The translations under genes were made by a program, and so were the position numbers. A stretch of DNA of 62,679 nucleotides, the filler included. It is 7 parts of 7 records of this genome, joined end to end, with 100 filler letters (N's around TTAATTAATTAA, not from the genome) between each part and the next. Parts side by side here need not be neighbours in the genome. Positions count along the whole stretch, not along the records: positions 7,338 to 15,076 come from DRR723986_19085; positions 15,177 to 24,439 come from DRR723986_19098; 5 more parts are not named here. One strand, 5' to 3'. Below are positions 9,782 to 20,800 of the stretch, in pieces. The stretch's first letter is position 1; the number at the start of each line of letters is the position of its first letter. The notes beneath the pieces were generated by a model. It was not told where the DNA came from and did no database searches. It saw nothing but the letters and a program-made list of their open reading frames with translations.

Positions 9782-9926
9782 CTGGCGGCTCCTGCCTGTT
9801 CGCGTCTTGTGGCTCAATATAGGATAATTTCCCGTCTGAGCGCCATATGGGCTTGCAGATAAGAACAAGTGTTTAGTAGAAGCAATTCATCTGACCGCCT
9901 TGTTCTTCCATGAAGGAGACTGCCGA

Positions 9927-10400
9927 ATGTCTGCCCAAATCGACGCGCTGGATCGGAAAATCCTCGCTGCATTGCAGGAAGATGCCAGCCAGTCACTGGA
10001 TGATATCGCCCGCACGGTCGGGTCATCCAAGACGCCGGTCTGGTCGCGTATCCGCAAGATGCGAGAGGCCGGAATCATTGGCCGCCAGACGGTTTTGCTG
10101 GACGCGGAGGCGCTTGGGCTGGAGGCGTGCTTTTTCGTCCTGATCCGCACGTCGGAACATGAATCCGATTGGCAGCAGAAGTTCCTGCACGCCCTGCAAA
10201 GCCGCCCCGAAGTGCTGGAGGCACACAGGCTGGCAGGCGATATCGACTATATACTGAAGGTGCGGGTGGCCAATGCGCGGGCTTATGACCGGTTCTATCA
10301 GGCGCTGATATCAGAGGTGCGCATCCACAACGTCACCGCGCTGCTCAGCATGGAGGAAATCAAGTCCACCACGCTGTTGCCGATCGCCATCGACGCCTAA
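9927..10400 (+). CDS. Lrp/AsnC family regulator (DecR-like), divergent from cysG
   Basis: DALDRKILAALQED HTH, HRLAGDIDYILK. Confidence 0.9.
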   Translation: MSAQIDALDRKILAALQEDASQSLDDIARTVGSSKTPVWSRIRKMREAGIIGRQTVLLDAEALGLEACFFVLIRTSEHESDWQQKFLHALQSRPEVLEAHRLAGDIDYILKVRVANARAYDRFYQALISEVRIHNVTALLSMEEIKSTTLLPIAIDA

Positions 10401-11638
10401 GCCGTTGTGGCCAGAGCCAGACCGTCGACGACGGCGGTGAAGGCCTCGGACCGCAGCAGCGTGGCCTTGGGGCAAAGCGTCTGCATCTCGTCGCTGACGA
10501 ACCCCATCAGGCTGGATCCACCCACAAGGATCACGCGGGCGATGCTGTCTGGCGTGACCCCGGCCATATCCAGCGTGTCCCGCGCGGCCAGACCAAGGGC
10601 GGCGCGATTGGAGGCAAGATCGCGGTTCATCTCGTTCGTCTCCAACGCCCGCGCCAACCCTTTTTCGACGATCCCAAGGTCGATCCGCCCTTGCCCGCCA
10701 TCGCCATTCGCCCCGATCTTGGCGCGTTCCACGGCAAAGGCAATCTCGTGGCCCAGTTCATTTTCCAGAACCCGGACAAACCGCGCCATCGCTGGTCCAT
10801 CGACCGCCAGCCGGGCCATGTCGGCGACCATGCGGCGAGTTTCGGGGGTATAGAGGAACGGTATCTTGGCCCAGGTTGACAGATCCGCATAGGGCCCGCG
10901 CGGCACTGGCAGCAGCCCGTCGCCAAAGTCTCGGCGAAGCTGCCCGCCAAGTCCGAGCGCGGGCATCGCATGGGCCATCGACAGGGTCTGGTCGAAATCG
11001 GTGCCGCCGAGCCGGATCCCGTGGCTGGCAAGGATCTGGGGCCGCCCCCCGGTGCTGCGAAAGACCGAGAAATCCGAGGTGCCGCCGCCGATATCGACGA
11101 TCAGCCCCAGCCCATCCCTCGCCCCCATCCCCTGCGCGGCCATCGCGGCGGCCTCGGGTTCAGCCAGAAAGCTGACCTCGGTGAACCCGGCGGCCAGATA
11201 ACAGGCGCGCAGATCGGCCTCGGCCTGCGCGTCCTTGTCTGGATCGGCGCTGTGGAAATGCACCGGACGGCCTGAGAGCGCCTTGGTCAAGCGCAGGCCC
11301 GTTGCGGCCTCGGACCTCTGACGCAGGTCTGACAGGAAGGCGGTGATGACATCCGACAGGCTGCGCCTGCAGCCCGCGATCAGGCGGGTTTCATGCAGCA
11401 AGGGCAACCCCAGAACGCTTTTCAGCGCCCGCATGTAACGCCCGTCTTCGCCCGCAATCAGCGCGGCGGCGGCAGAGGCCCCGATCCGCATCGCGCCACC
11501 TTCCGCCGGGAAAAACACCGCTGTGGGCAACGTGTCGGCCCCATGTTCCACCGGAATCCGGTAAACCCCGCCGGGAATGGGCAGGGCAGCGGCGGAATTT
11601 GAGGTTCCGAAGTCAATCGCAAGGGTTTGGGTCTGCAT
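10397..11638 (-). CDS. Hsp70 family protein (YegD-like)
   Basis: AIDFGTSNS, DIGGGTSD, LVGGSS actin-fold ATPase motifs; no substrate-binding domain. Confidence 0.9.
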   Translation of the reverse strand: MQTQTLAIDFGTSNSAAALPIPGGVYRIPVEHGADTLPTAVFFPAEGGAMRIGASAAAALIAGEDGRYMRALKSVLGLPLLHETRLIAGCRRSLSDVITAFLSDLRQRSEAATGLRLTKALSGRPVHFHSADPDKDAQAEADLRACYLAAGFTEVSFLAEPEAAAMAAQGMGARDGLGLIVDIGGGTSDFSVFRSTGGRPQILASHGIRLGGTDFDQTLSMAHAMPALGLGGQLRRDFGDGLLPVPRGPYADLSTWAKIPFLYTPETRRMVADMARLAVDGPAMARFVRVLENELGHEIAFAVERAKIGANGDGGQGRIDLGIVEKGLARALETNEMNRDLASNRAALGLAARDTLDMAGVTPDSIARVILVGGSSLMGFVSDEMQTLCPKATLLRSEAFTAVVDGLALATTA

Positions 11639-11737
11639 CAGGCACCTGCCGGGTCGGCGGGGCCTGCTAGCCCGGATCAGGATAAAGCGCAAGGAAAACG
11701 GGGCTGGATGCCCCGATGTCGTCCAACCTGCGAGCTG

Positions 11738-11986
11738 TTACCCGCGATGCATCACATGGCGGTTGCGGCAATAGCCCGGCGCATCGTCCAGCTTGGCATT
11801 GTCATCCAGCAGATGGCGGCAGTCCTCGTGCTGCTTGCAGGCCGCGCAGGACATCACCACGCTGCGATAGGCGGCGGCAGAGCTTTCTGCATCCAACCCG
11901 CCGATATGGGTCAGGTCCACATCCAGCCGGTCGGCCATGTCAGTCACCAGCCCGGCGCTTTCGCTCAAGTTCTTGAAAATGCCCAT
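11738..11986 (-). CDS. Small Cys-rich protein (DUF6455-like)
   Basis: 82 aa with CAAC...C...PGYCRN; SD AGGAG; FNR box upstream. Confidence 0.8.
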   Translation of the reverse strand: MGIFKNLSESAGLVTDMADRLDVDLTHIGGLDAESSAAAYRSVVMSCAACKQHEDCRHLLDDNAKLDDAPGYCRNRHVMHRG

Positions 11987-12043
11987 CGGGGTCTCCTGTC
12001 ATCCTGTTCAGGGTCAGAAGGCACCGATTTCGTTGCAAATGCA

Positions 12044-12057
12044 TTGATGTAGATCAA
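12044..12057. promoter_or_regulatory. FNR/FnrL box
   Basis: TTGAT-GTAG-ATCAA, a perfect consensus about 58 bp upstream of the Cys-rich gene. Confidence 0.8.
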
Positions 12058-13274
12058 GCAGAAGCGGGCAGAAGCTCTGTTTCCACGGTGGCACCGTGTT
12101 CAAGCGTGCGGTGGACCGGGCATTTGTCGGCAATCTCGCGCAGGCGTTCGCGCTGGTCTTCGTCGAGCGCGCCGAGAAGGGTGATCCGCCTGATAAACCG
12201 ATCAATCCGCGCATCCTGCCCGCCCGCGTCCTGAGCGTGAACCTTGTCATGCATTACATCGACCGAAACATGATCCAACGGCCAGCCCTTGCGCCGCGCA
12301 TACATGCGGATCGTCATCGAGGTGCAGGCGCCAAGTCCGGCGGCGAGGAACTGATAGGGGGTAAAACCCTGATTGGTGCCGCCATAGGCAATCGGTTCAT
12401 CCGCGACAGCATGGTGGATCAGCCCGGCCTGAACATCCTGCCGGAAGCCATCGGGGTCGGCCTCCGATACCCGCGTGACGCCCTCTGGCGCGCCAATGGG
12501 GGGGGCGGGACTGCGCAGGTCCAGATAGCGCCCGGCCCAGGCGGTGATGACCTCGGCGGCGTATTCCGCATCTTCCGGGCGGCTGATCAGGTGGTCGGCC
12601 TCATCCAGGGTGACAAAGCTCTTGGGGTGCTTTGCGGCGAGGAAAATCTCGGTCGCGTTCTGGATGCCCACGACGCTGTCGCGCGGGGCGTGCAATACAA
12701 GCAGCGCCTTTTTCATGGCTGCGATGGCAGGGCCAAGGGCCTCGGCGCGCACATCGTCGACGAAACCTTTCCCGATGCGCATCGGGCGGCCACCCAGATC
12801 GACTTCGGCCACGCCATCGGCGTCAATCCGGGTCAGGGCATCGCCGAAATTATGGGTGACATGGCCGGGATCGAAGGGCGCACCGATGGTGACCACGGCC
12901 TTGACGCTGTCGATCTGCCCCGCCGCCTTCAGCACCGCCGCCCCGCCGAGCGAATGGCCGATAAGCATCGCAGGTGCCATGCCGCGATCTGACAGCGCTT
13001 TGGCCGCAGCCATCAGGTCATCCACGTTGGAGGTGAACGAGGTGTTCTCGAACTCGCCACCCGAATGTCCTAGCCCTGTGAAATCAAACCTCAAAACCGC
13101 GATACCCATTCCCGCAAGGCGCGCCGCAATCCGGCGCGAGGCGGCGATGTCCTTCCCGCAGGTGAAGCAATGGGCAAGGATGGCCGTAGCCAGATGCGGG
13201 CCTTCAGGCAGGTCCAGCCGCGCGGCCAGGTCATGGCCGGCATGGCCGGGGAAAGTGAAACGGTCGGTGGGCAT
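12054..13274 (-). CDS. Bifunctional alpha/beta hydrolase / OsmC family protein
   Basis: AHCFTC, GHSLGG nucleophile; C-terminal LGACTSMT...KCPVHRTL. Confidence 0.92.
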   Translation of the reverse strand: MPTDRFTFPGHAGHDLAARLDLPEGPHLATAILAHCFTCGKDIAASRRIAARLAGMGIAVLRFDFTGLGHSGGEFENTSFTSNVDDLMAAAKALSDRGMAPAMLIGHSLGGAAVLKAAGQIDSVKAVVTIGAPFDPGHVTHNFGDALTRIDADGVAEVDLGGRPMRIGKGFVDDVRAEALGPAIAAMKKALLVLHAPRDSVVGIQNATEIFLAAKHPKSFVTLDEADHLISRPEDAEYAAEVITAWAGRYLDLRSPAPPIGAPEGVTRVSEADPDGFRQDVQAGLIHHAVADEPIAYGGTNQGFTPYQFLAAGLGACTSMTIRMYARRKGWPLDHVSVDVMHDKVHAQDAGGQDARIDRFIRRITLLGALDEDQRERLREIADKCPVHRTLEHGATVETELLPASA

Positions 13275-13439
13275 GGGGGTGTCCTTCGGGTGCGTGCCCT
13301 TGAAGACTGGCCATGCGCGGGCGCTTGCGCAACCCGCCTCACGGGGGCGTGTTGGGGCGTGTGATCGGGTGACCGCCTGTTTGCGATTTGGAAAGGATCC
13401 TTCGGTAGGCTTGCGGTCACTGAGGAAGGGATCGAAAGA

Positions 13440-13835
13440 ATGAGGATCTGCGCCCTGTGCCTGCTGTCCGCCCTGTTTCTGGTGTTGGTGAGCGGCACTG
13501 TGTTCGCACAGGGGCGTGACGCGCTGTCAGTGCAGCAACTCGCACTGGCGGATTGCGCGGGGCAGGCCCTTGCTGTGGAACAGGCGATGCAGACCGCTGC
13601 GCCGGGCGGGGATCATCTGGCGGCTGTGGCGCGCGCCGATGCGTTGCTTCGGGTTGCGATCAATCGCTATGTCGCGGTCGGCCGGGTCGCGGCGTTCCGC
13701 CGCCGGGCCGCCTTGGCACTGGCGGCTGAAACGATGCGGATGCAACTGGCGGTGCAGATATCAGGCGATGCAGACCGCGCCATCGACCGGGCCGACCGTG
13801 ACGTCGAAGCGGCCTGCCGCCGCTATCTGGAATAG
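13440..13835 (+). CDS. Hypothetical secreted protein
   Basis: Signal peptide (..VFA-QG), two Cys in mature part, purine-rich SD. Confidence 0.6.
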   Translation: MRICALCLLSALFLVLVSGTVFAQGRDALSVQQLALADCAGQALAVEQAMQTAAPGGDHLAAVARADALLRVAINRYVAVGRVAAFRRRAALALAAETMRMQLAVQISGDADRAIDRADRDVEAACRRYLE

Positions 13836-13948
13836 GCGAGGTCCGGGCGCTTTCCCGCGCGGATTCCCGGCAGATCGGCGCAGGGCTGGACGGTCGGCAC
13901 GAAACCTGATGGCGTGCTGGTGATGATGTGCCAGATCTCGGAGACCCC

Positions 13949-14842
13949 ATGCCGCAGAACGCCAATTGGATCAGACGCATCCTGCGTGGTTTTTGCTGGA
14001 TTGCTGCCAGCACCTGTGCGGGCGTCCTGCTGGCTGGCTTTGGCGGCGCATTGCATCCGGCGCTTGATTCGCTGGCCTTGCTGCGCATTCCGGCGGCGGC
14101 GGGCTGTCTGATCTTCGCCCTGCTTCTGGCGCGACCCCGTGCTGTGGTCTGGTCCGGGGCCGGGATGTCGGCCACGGTCCTGATCATCTTGGGCGCTGCC
14201 CGGATCATGGCGGGGCCAGAGGGGCAGGGGATCACGATCTATCAAAAGAACCTGTGGGCCGGGAATGTCGCCAGCCGGGCGCTGATCGCGGATATCCGGG
14301 ACAGCGGGGCCGATCTGGTGATGCTGCAAGAGGTATCAAACCGCAATGTCGCGCTGCTGGCTCTGCTCGAAGAGGACTATCCCCACCAACAGTTCTGCCG
14401 CTTTTCGGCCTGGAGCGGCATGGCCGTCCTGTCGCGCTTTCCGGCAGTCGTGGAGGGCATCTGTTCCGACGGGCGCGGCATGGCCGGGCTGCGGGTCGAG
14501 GGGCCAGACGGGCCGATCTGGGCGCTGTCCATCCATCTGCACTGGCCGTGGCCCCACGGTCAGGCGCAGCAGGTGGACCGCATGTTGCCTCAGCTACTGT
14601 CGCTGGAGGGGCCGGTTGTGATCGGCGGAGATTTCAACATGGTGTCTTGGGCGCATTCCGTCCGCAGCATCGCGGCAGCCACCGAAACGCAAAGGGTCGG
14701 TCAGCGGCTGCCCACGATCTTTCCTTATGGCGCGCCGCTGCCGATCGACATGGTGTTCGCCCCGACGCCCGGCCGCAATGAACGCCGCCCGCAGTTTGGG
14801 TCCGACCATTATGGCATCGTTGCACGTGTTGCCGTCCCCTAG
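13949..14842 (+). CDS. Endonuclease/exonuclease/phosphatase family protein
   Basis: N-terminal TMs, DLVMLQE, GGDFN, PIDMV, GSDH. Confidence 0.9.
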   Translation: MPQNANWIRRILRGFCWIAASTCAGVLLAGFGGALHPALDSLALLRIPAAAGCLIFALLLARPRAVVWSGAGMSATVLIILGAARIMAGPEGQGITIYQKNLWAGNVASRALIADIRDSGADLVMLQEVSNRNVALLALLEEDYPHQQFCRFSAWSGMAVLSRFPAVVEGICSDGRGMAGLRVEGPDGPIWALSIHLHWPWPHGQAQQVDRMLPQLLSLEGPVVIGGDFNMVSWAHSVRSIAAATETQRVGQRLPTIFPYGAPLPIDMVFAPTPGRNERRPQFGSDHYGIVARVAVP

Positions 14843-15076
14843 TCGCGCCAGCCAAGCAGTCGTTCGTCAAAGGGATATTGCGTCAGGTTTTCATAGCCAT
14901 CCTCGGTGATCAGCACCTGATCTTCCAGCTTGATCGAGAAATCGCCCCCCTCAGGGCTGACCAGAGCCTCGACGCACAGAGTCATGCCCGGCTCCAGCAC
15001 ATAGTCGAACGCGCCTTCGACCGCGTGATCGGGATAGGCGATCAGCGGCCATTCATCGCACAGGCCCACGCCATGC
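14839..15076 (-). CDS. dddP: DMSP lyase DddP / M24 metallopeptidase, 3' fragment
   Basis: Reads HGVGLCDEWPLIAYPD...LEPGMTLCVEA...IKLEDQVLITEDGYENLTQYPFD, matching the recalled Roseobacter DddP C-terminus. Confidence 0.8.
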
Positions 15077-15176
15077 NNNNNNNNNNNNNNNNNNNNNNNN
15101 NNNNNNNNNNNNNNNNNNNNTTAATTAATTAANNNNNNNNNNNNNNNNNNNNNNNNNNNNNNNNNNNNNNNNNNNN
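15077..15176. other. Artificial contig linker
   Basis: N-run with TTAATTAATTAA. Confidence 0.99.
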
Positions 15177-15198
15177 TCAAATCCTACCGTCCCGACCA
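15177..15198 (+). tRNA. 3' end of a tRNA, probably tRNA-Pro (cut by contig start)
   Basis: TCAAATCCTACCGTCCCGACCA: T-loop remnant, acceptor 3' strand and CCA, followed by a terminator. Confidence 0.75.
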
Positions 15199-15209
15199 GA
15201 ATTCCCTAC

Positions 15210-15241
15210 ACAAAGCCCGGGCCGAAAGGTCCGGGCTTTGT
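15210..15241. terminator. Bidirectional intrinsic terminator
   Basis: ACAAAGCCCGGGCC-gaaa-GGTCCGGGCTTTGT between tRNA and convergent MFS gene. Confidence 0.85.
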
Positions 15242-15248
15242 CGTTCTA

Positions 15249-16514
15249 TCAGGCAGCAACCGCCTGCCCACGCTTCTCCCAGGGGTATTCCCGAATCGGC
15301 AGGTGAATCAGTGCCGACAACGCGCCAACGCCCACACCAATCCACCACACCAGCGTGTAGTTGTGGTAGAGGTCGTACAGGGCCCCACCCAGCCAGACAC
15401 CAAGAAAGCCGCCAAGCTGGTGCGAAAAGAATACCAGGCCATAGAGCGTGCCCATGTACTTCAAGCCGTAGATGTGCGCAACCAGGCCGGAAGTAAGCGG
15501 CACCGTCGCCAACCACAACGAACCCATTGCCACCGAGAAGAGCACCACGCTTTCAGGAGTAATGGGCGCCATGATAAAGGCGGCAGAGACGATTGTTCGT
15601 AACAGGTAAATCGTCGCCAGAAGGTACTTGCGCGAGTAACGGTTACCCAACCAGCCGGCCATCAGTGTGCCACCGATATTGAACAGACCGATCAGAGCAA
15701 TTGAGATGGCGCCGAGCCCGGACGCTGACGTTACCCCCAGCACGTAGATCAGGCTGTCTGGCGTAATTGGCCCACACATTTCGGTTATAAACGCCGGAAA
15801 ATGCGCGGTGATGAAAGCCAACTGATACCCGCAAGAGAAAAAGCCAATAAAAATGAACAGGAACGACGGGTCTTTCACCGCTCGCTTCAGCACCACCCCC
15901 ATCGGTTCATCGGTCGATACCGAGGGCTCCGCCTTGGGTGCCCGCATAAACAGAAGGGCAAGCATCGACACCGTAATGAAACCGGCCAACACCATGAACA
16001 CGCTTTGCCAGGGCATCTGGCTCAGCAGCGCCTGCGCGACGGGCGGGCCAATGATCTGCCCTGCAGAACCGGCTGCGGTTGCAATGCCCAGCGCCATGGA
16101 GCGATGCTTTTCCGGGGCAGAGCGCCCTACGACAGCGAGAATGACCCCGAATCCGGTTCCGGCAATCCCGAACCCAACCAGCATCTCCAGGAACTGGTGC
16201 TGGCCCGGGGTAATGGCGAATGCCGAGGCAACCAGCCCGACCACGTAACAGATACCGCCCACCAGGATAGCTTTGCGATCACCGTAGCGTTCGGCAAAGG
16301 CACCAAAGATGGGTTGCCCGATGCCCCAGAACAGGTTCTGAATGGCGATGGCCAGAGAAAACGACTCCCTTGGCCAGGCAAATTCCAGGGCAATCGGCAG
16401 TTGAAACAGACCGAACGAGGCCCGCACGGAAAAACCAACCAGAATAATAATACAGCCTGCGACAAGTACAGGGTTGATCAGTCGATCATAGGTGCCGGAG
16501 GCCGTGCCAGACAT
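15249..16514 (-). CDS. MFS transporter
   Basis: About 12 TM segments; motif-A-like GAFAERYGDRK and GWLGNRYSRK. Confidence 0.92.
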   Translation of the reverse strand: MSGTASGTYDRLINPVLVAGCIIILVGFSVRASFGLFQLPIALEFAWPRESFSLAIAIQNLFWGIGQPIFGAFAERYGDRKAILVGGICYVVGLVASAFAITPGQHQFLEMLVGFGIAGTGFGVILAVVGRSAPEKHRSMALGIATAAGSAGQIIGPPVAQALLSQMPWQSVFMVLAGFITVSMLALLFMRAPKAEPSVSTDEPMGVVLKRAVKDPSFLFIFIGFFSCGYQLAFITAHFPAFITEMCGPITPDSLIYVLGVTSASGLGAISIALIGLFNIGGTLMAGWLGNRYSRKYLLATIYLLRTIVSAAFIMAPITPESVVLFSVAMGSLWLATVPLTSGLVAHIYGLKYMGTLYGLVFFSHQLGGFLGVWLGGALYDLYHNYTLVWWIGVGVGALSALIHLPIREYPWEKRGQAVAA

Positions 16515-16516
16515 GG

Positions 16517-17728
16517 TTACAGATTCCCGGAGCTGAACAGTCGGTGCGCCAGAATAAGCGCGAAGCCAATCAGTATACCTGAAGCAGCGAAAGCCAGGGT
16601 AAAGCCGCTCAGTTCAAGTAGCAGGCCAAAGAACAGGGGCGCCAGAAAGTGCACCGCCCGGTTTGCCATCAAACGCATACCCAATGCCCCTGCACGCCGC
16701 TCACGTTCCACAGATTCCGCCAGGATCACCATGGATAAAGGCTGGGTAAGGCCGGAACCGATACCGACCAGCATGGCCAGGGCAGCCATCAGCAGCAACT
16801 GCTCAGACGCCCCCAGAAAAGCCAAGCCAGCGGCAAGGGTACCGAGCGAGAGTAACACTGTCGGCACGCGGCCTCCGGCAAGTGCAATAATGCGCGCCAT
16901 AAACGGCCGAACCAGCATGGAAACACCGGCTCGAAGACTGACCAGAACTCCGATAATCAACGGGCTGATGGCCAGGCTCTCCAGGTACACTGGCAAATAG
17001 CTTCCGTAGACCCCGAGTGCGAACATCCCCAATACCGTGACCAGAATCGACAACTGCACCCCACGGTTACTGCCGACAAGCTGCCATTGCGCCCGGAAAC
17101 CCGCCTGCTTTCGGGTAACGTGGATACGCTCCCTCGCCTGCCCGGTCAGGCGGAGTGTTACAACGCCCGAGACCAGCGCAAACAGAGCCATCACAAGGAA
17201 CACGTACTGGGTACCAGAAGACTTCAGCAAAACACCGGCCAACAGGGGGCCGATAACCTGCCCGCCCGACAGCCAGGTGGCATACCAGCCAAAGTACTGC
17301 TCCAGCCTCTGGCCGGTGCCCAGGTTTGAAATGATGGTTTGGGCGGCCAGAACCATCTGGAGGTGAGCCAGCCCCACCAGCAACTGACCAGTCACGAGGC
17401 CCGCATAGCCATACCACGCATGCATCGACAACAAGCCTGCCACCATAATGCCCGCCCCGGCCAGCAGCGTGGCCCTGCCACCAAACCGGCTCACGATGCC
17501 TCCCAGGGGAATGGCCAGGACCAGCGGTAGCAGATACTGGGCGCTTAACACTGCACCCAGAACGAGCGGAGACGCGCCAAGCTGAAGTCCATACACAGGC
17601 ACTGCCACAATCAGCATTGAATAGACGACAAAACACAGCGTCAGTGACAGACAGACCGCGAAGAAATTTTGCGAGGCCTCAGAGGCTCGCCCGGAAGAGT
17701 CGCGGTGGCTGGAATGGTTGCTTTGCAA
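16517..17728 (-). CDS. MFS transporter
   Basis: Hydrophobic profile, GGIVSRFGGR; start codon uncertain (TTG). Confidence 0.85.
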   Translation of the reverse strand: MQSNHSSHRDSSGRASEASQNFFAVCLSLTLCFVVYSMLIVAVPVYGLQLGASPLVLGAVLSAQYLLPLVLAIPLGGIVSRFGGRATLLAGAGIMVAGLLSMHAWYGYAGLVTGQLLVGLAHLQMVLAAQTIISNLGTGQRLEQYFGWYATWLSGGQVIGPLLAGVLLKSSGTQYVFLVMALFALVSGVVTLRLTGQARERIHVTRKQAGFRAQWQLVGSNRGVQLSILVTVLGMFALGVYGSYLPVYLESLAISPLIIGVLVSLRAGVSMLVRPFMARIIALAGGRVPTVLLSLGTLAAGLAFLGASEQLLLMAALAMLVGIGSGLTQPLSMVILAESVERERRAGALGMRLMANRAVHFLAPLFFGLLLELSGFTLAFAASGILIGFALILAHRLFSSGNL

Positions 17729-17811
17729 GTGGATGCCCGATTCGAATGATGTAGCTAAAGCGGGCTATGGTAACGCGAATGGCTCGCAACAGAAACGCGA
17801 GGAAAGGACAT

Positions 17812-17834
17812 GCCGGGGGAAGCGCTCCCCCGGC
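17812..17834. terminator. Hairpin downstream of putA
   Basis: GCCGGGGGA-agcgc-TCCCCCGGC; weak U-tract. Confidence 0.5.
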
Positions 17835-17845
17835 CTAAACCGGCT

Positions 17846-20800
17846 TTATTCAGCCGACGCAATCAGGCTGGCGTTACCGCCGGCCGCTGTGGTGTCGATA
17901 CACAGATGCCGCTCAATCACGTAGCGCTGATCCAGCTTGTGTTCGGTGATCACCGGCAGCAACGCGCCCTCACGCTTACTCAGCGCCATGCGGTACTGCT
18001 TGAGCAGCGGCTTCTCGGCTACGCTCACCACCGCTTCAAAGCCGGTCAGATGGCTCAGAGCGTCCGGATCAAGCATGCCATCGCTGGCAACAACCGGAAG
18101 GCCCGCCTTGATGGCATCGGCCAGTGCCTTCTCGGCGCCCGGTGCAATCACCACCACCTTGTTACCCTGCGACAGGGCGGTGCCGGCCTGCTCAACGGCA
18201 GATTCGGCGTCTGGGCCAAGGCACAGCACCAGACCGCGACCATGGCAGGACAGATGGTTCTGCTCGCCCGTCGGCCCCGGCATCTCCTCGTAGCCTTCGT
18301 CCAGAGGCGCCGGCACCTTGCCGAAGAAGGGATCCAGCAACGCCTGACGACCTTCCGCCTCCGGTACCGCTACTTTGGCCAGCTTGTCGATCAACTTCTG
18401 AGCCTTGTCGGTACTGAGCACCTTGTCACTGGACTGAGCGGGCTTTTCAACCACCTCACCCCGCAGGAAGCGGCGCACGTACTGCGGGCCACCGGCTTTC
18501 GGCCCGGTACCCGACAGTCCCTCGCCACCGAATGGCTGGGAACCGACGATGGCGCCGATCTGGTTACGGTTCACGTAGGTGTTACCCACCTTGATACGAC
18601 TGGCAATGTGCTCGATCCGGCGGTCAACGCGACTATGGATACCGAAGGTCAGGCCGTAGCCCTTGGCGTTGACGGCATCAATCACCTTGTCGATGTCCTT
18701 GGCTTCAAACGTGGCCACATGCAGAACCGGGCCGAAGATTTCCTCTTCCAATTCTTCAATTCCGCTCACCTGAAGCACTGCCGGCGATACAAACAGGCCC
18801 TTTTCCGGTACGTTCAGTTTCTTGAGCAGCTTGCCCTGCTGCTCGAATTTCTGGCAATGGTCGGTAATCTTCTTGCGGGCATTTTCGTCGATCACCGGGC
18901 CCACATCGGTCGACAACTGCCACGGATCACCGATGCCCAGTTCCTCCATGGCACCGTAGAGCATTTCCAGCAGATTATCGGCAATGTCCTTCTGCACATA
19001 CAGCATGCGAAGTGCAGAACAGCGCTGACCGGCACTCTGGAAGGAGGATGCCAGCACGTCACGCACCACCTGCTCCGGCAACGCGGTGGAATCCACAATC
19101 ATGGCGTTCAGACCACCGGTTTCTGCCACCAGCGGTGCATCCGGCTCCATGTGTTCGGTCATGGCCTTGTTGATCCGCTGTGCGGTCGCGGTTGAACCCG
19201 TGAAACACACACCGGTCACCCGGGCATCGGACGTCAGGCCGGAACCCACGGTTGCGCCGGTACCGGGCAATAACTGGATCGCGGCCCTGGGTATGCCGGC
19301 CTGATGCATCAGCTCTACGGCACGGAAGGCCAGCAGCGAGGTTTGTTCTGCCGGCTTGGCCACCACCGCGTTACCGGCCGCCAGGTTCGCCAGAATCTGG
19401 CCAGTAAAGATCGCCAGCGGGAAGTTCCAGGGCGAGATACAACACATTACACCACGGGCCTCGCCGTCATTCTTGTAACGGATGCCTTCGTTGGCATAGA
19501 ACATGGCAAAATCCACGGCCTCACGAATCTCGGCCACGGCATCCAGCAGGGATTTGCCTGCTTCTCGGGTGGTTAGCGCAAACAGCTCGTGCACGTTCTC
19601 TTCGTACAGGTCGCCGACCCTGCGAATCATGGCCGCACGCTCTTCCGCCGGTACCGAAGACCACTGTTTGAAGCCCTCCTGAGCGGCGTCCAGAGCTGAC
19701 GAAATATCCGCCTCTGAGGTATAGGTGATGTGACCGACCAGGTCGTCCGGGTTTGCAGGATTCCGCACCTCAACCACTTCGTCACTGACAGAATCCACGG
19801 CCAGTATCGGGCCACCTTTCCACTGATGGCTCTTGTAACGATTACGACCTTCATCAATCTCGGCCACCGTCACCGGATCCGTAATATCCCATCCTTTGGA
19901 GTTTCGACGCTGCTCACCAAAGATTTTAGACGGATGCACAATCGCTTTGCTGGACAGGTTATGGCCAAGGCCCACCACCACATCAATAGGGTCTTTGGCG
20001 ATTTCTTCCGGGGTGATGCTGGTATCCACAATCTGGTTAACAAAGGAACTGTTGGCACCGTTCTCAAGCAACCGGCGAACCAGGTAAGCCAGCAGGTCTT
20101 TGTGGGCACCCACCGGCGCGTAGATCCGGCAAGGCACACCACTGTCCTCCAGAACCTGATCGTGCAGGGATTCGCCCATACCATGCAGGCGCTGGAATTC
20201 GAATTTATCCCGACTCAGATCCTTGGCCAGTTCCAGCACCGCTGACACCGAATGGGCATTGTGGGTGGCGAACTGCGGGTAGATACGGTCGGTCATGCCC
20301 AGAAGCTTGCGAGCACCGGCCAGGTAAGCGACGTCGCTGCAGGCCTTGCGGGTGAAGACCGGAAAGTCTGACAGGCCCATCACCTGGGCACGCTTGATCT
20401 CGGCATCCCAGTAAGCACCTTTAACCAGCCGCACCATGATGCGGCGATCCAGTTTTTCAGACAGCGCATAGAGCCAGTCCAGGGTCTGCGAAGCACGCTT
20501 GCCGAACGCCTGGACCACAACACCAAAACCTTGCCAGTCTTTCAGTTCCGGGTCGGACAGGATGGCCTCAATCACATCCAGGGAAAGATCCAGACGATCC
20601 TGCTCTTCGGCATCAATATTGAAGCCCATGTTGGCCGCTGCTGCCTTTTTGGCGAGCTTGAGTGCCCGGGGCATGAGTTCATTCATCACCCGCTCTTTAT
20701 GCCCGTACTCATAGCGTGCCAGCAGCGCTGACAGCTTCACCGAGATACCCGGATTCGTTCTTACATCGCCTTTGCAGCGCTTGCTGATGCTGTCAATGGC

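Noticed and set aside
8354-9862. Long plus-strand ORF (502 aa), and similar ones at 17810-19195, 44294-45814, 45953-47131 and 15801-17000
   Set aside because: Antisense shadows of well-supported genes in GC-rich DNA, with no family motifs.
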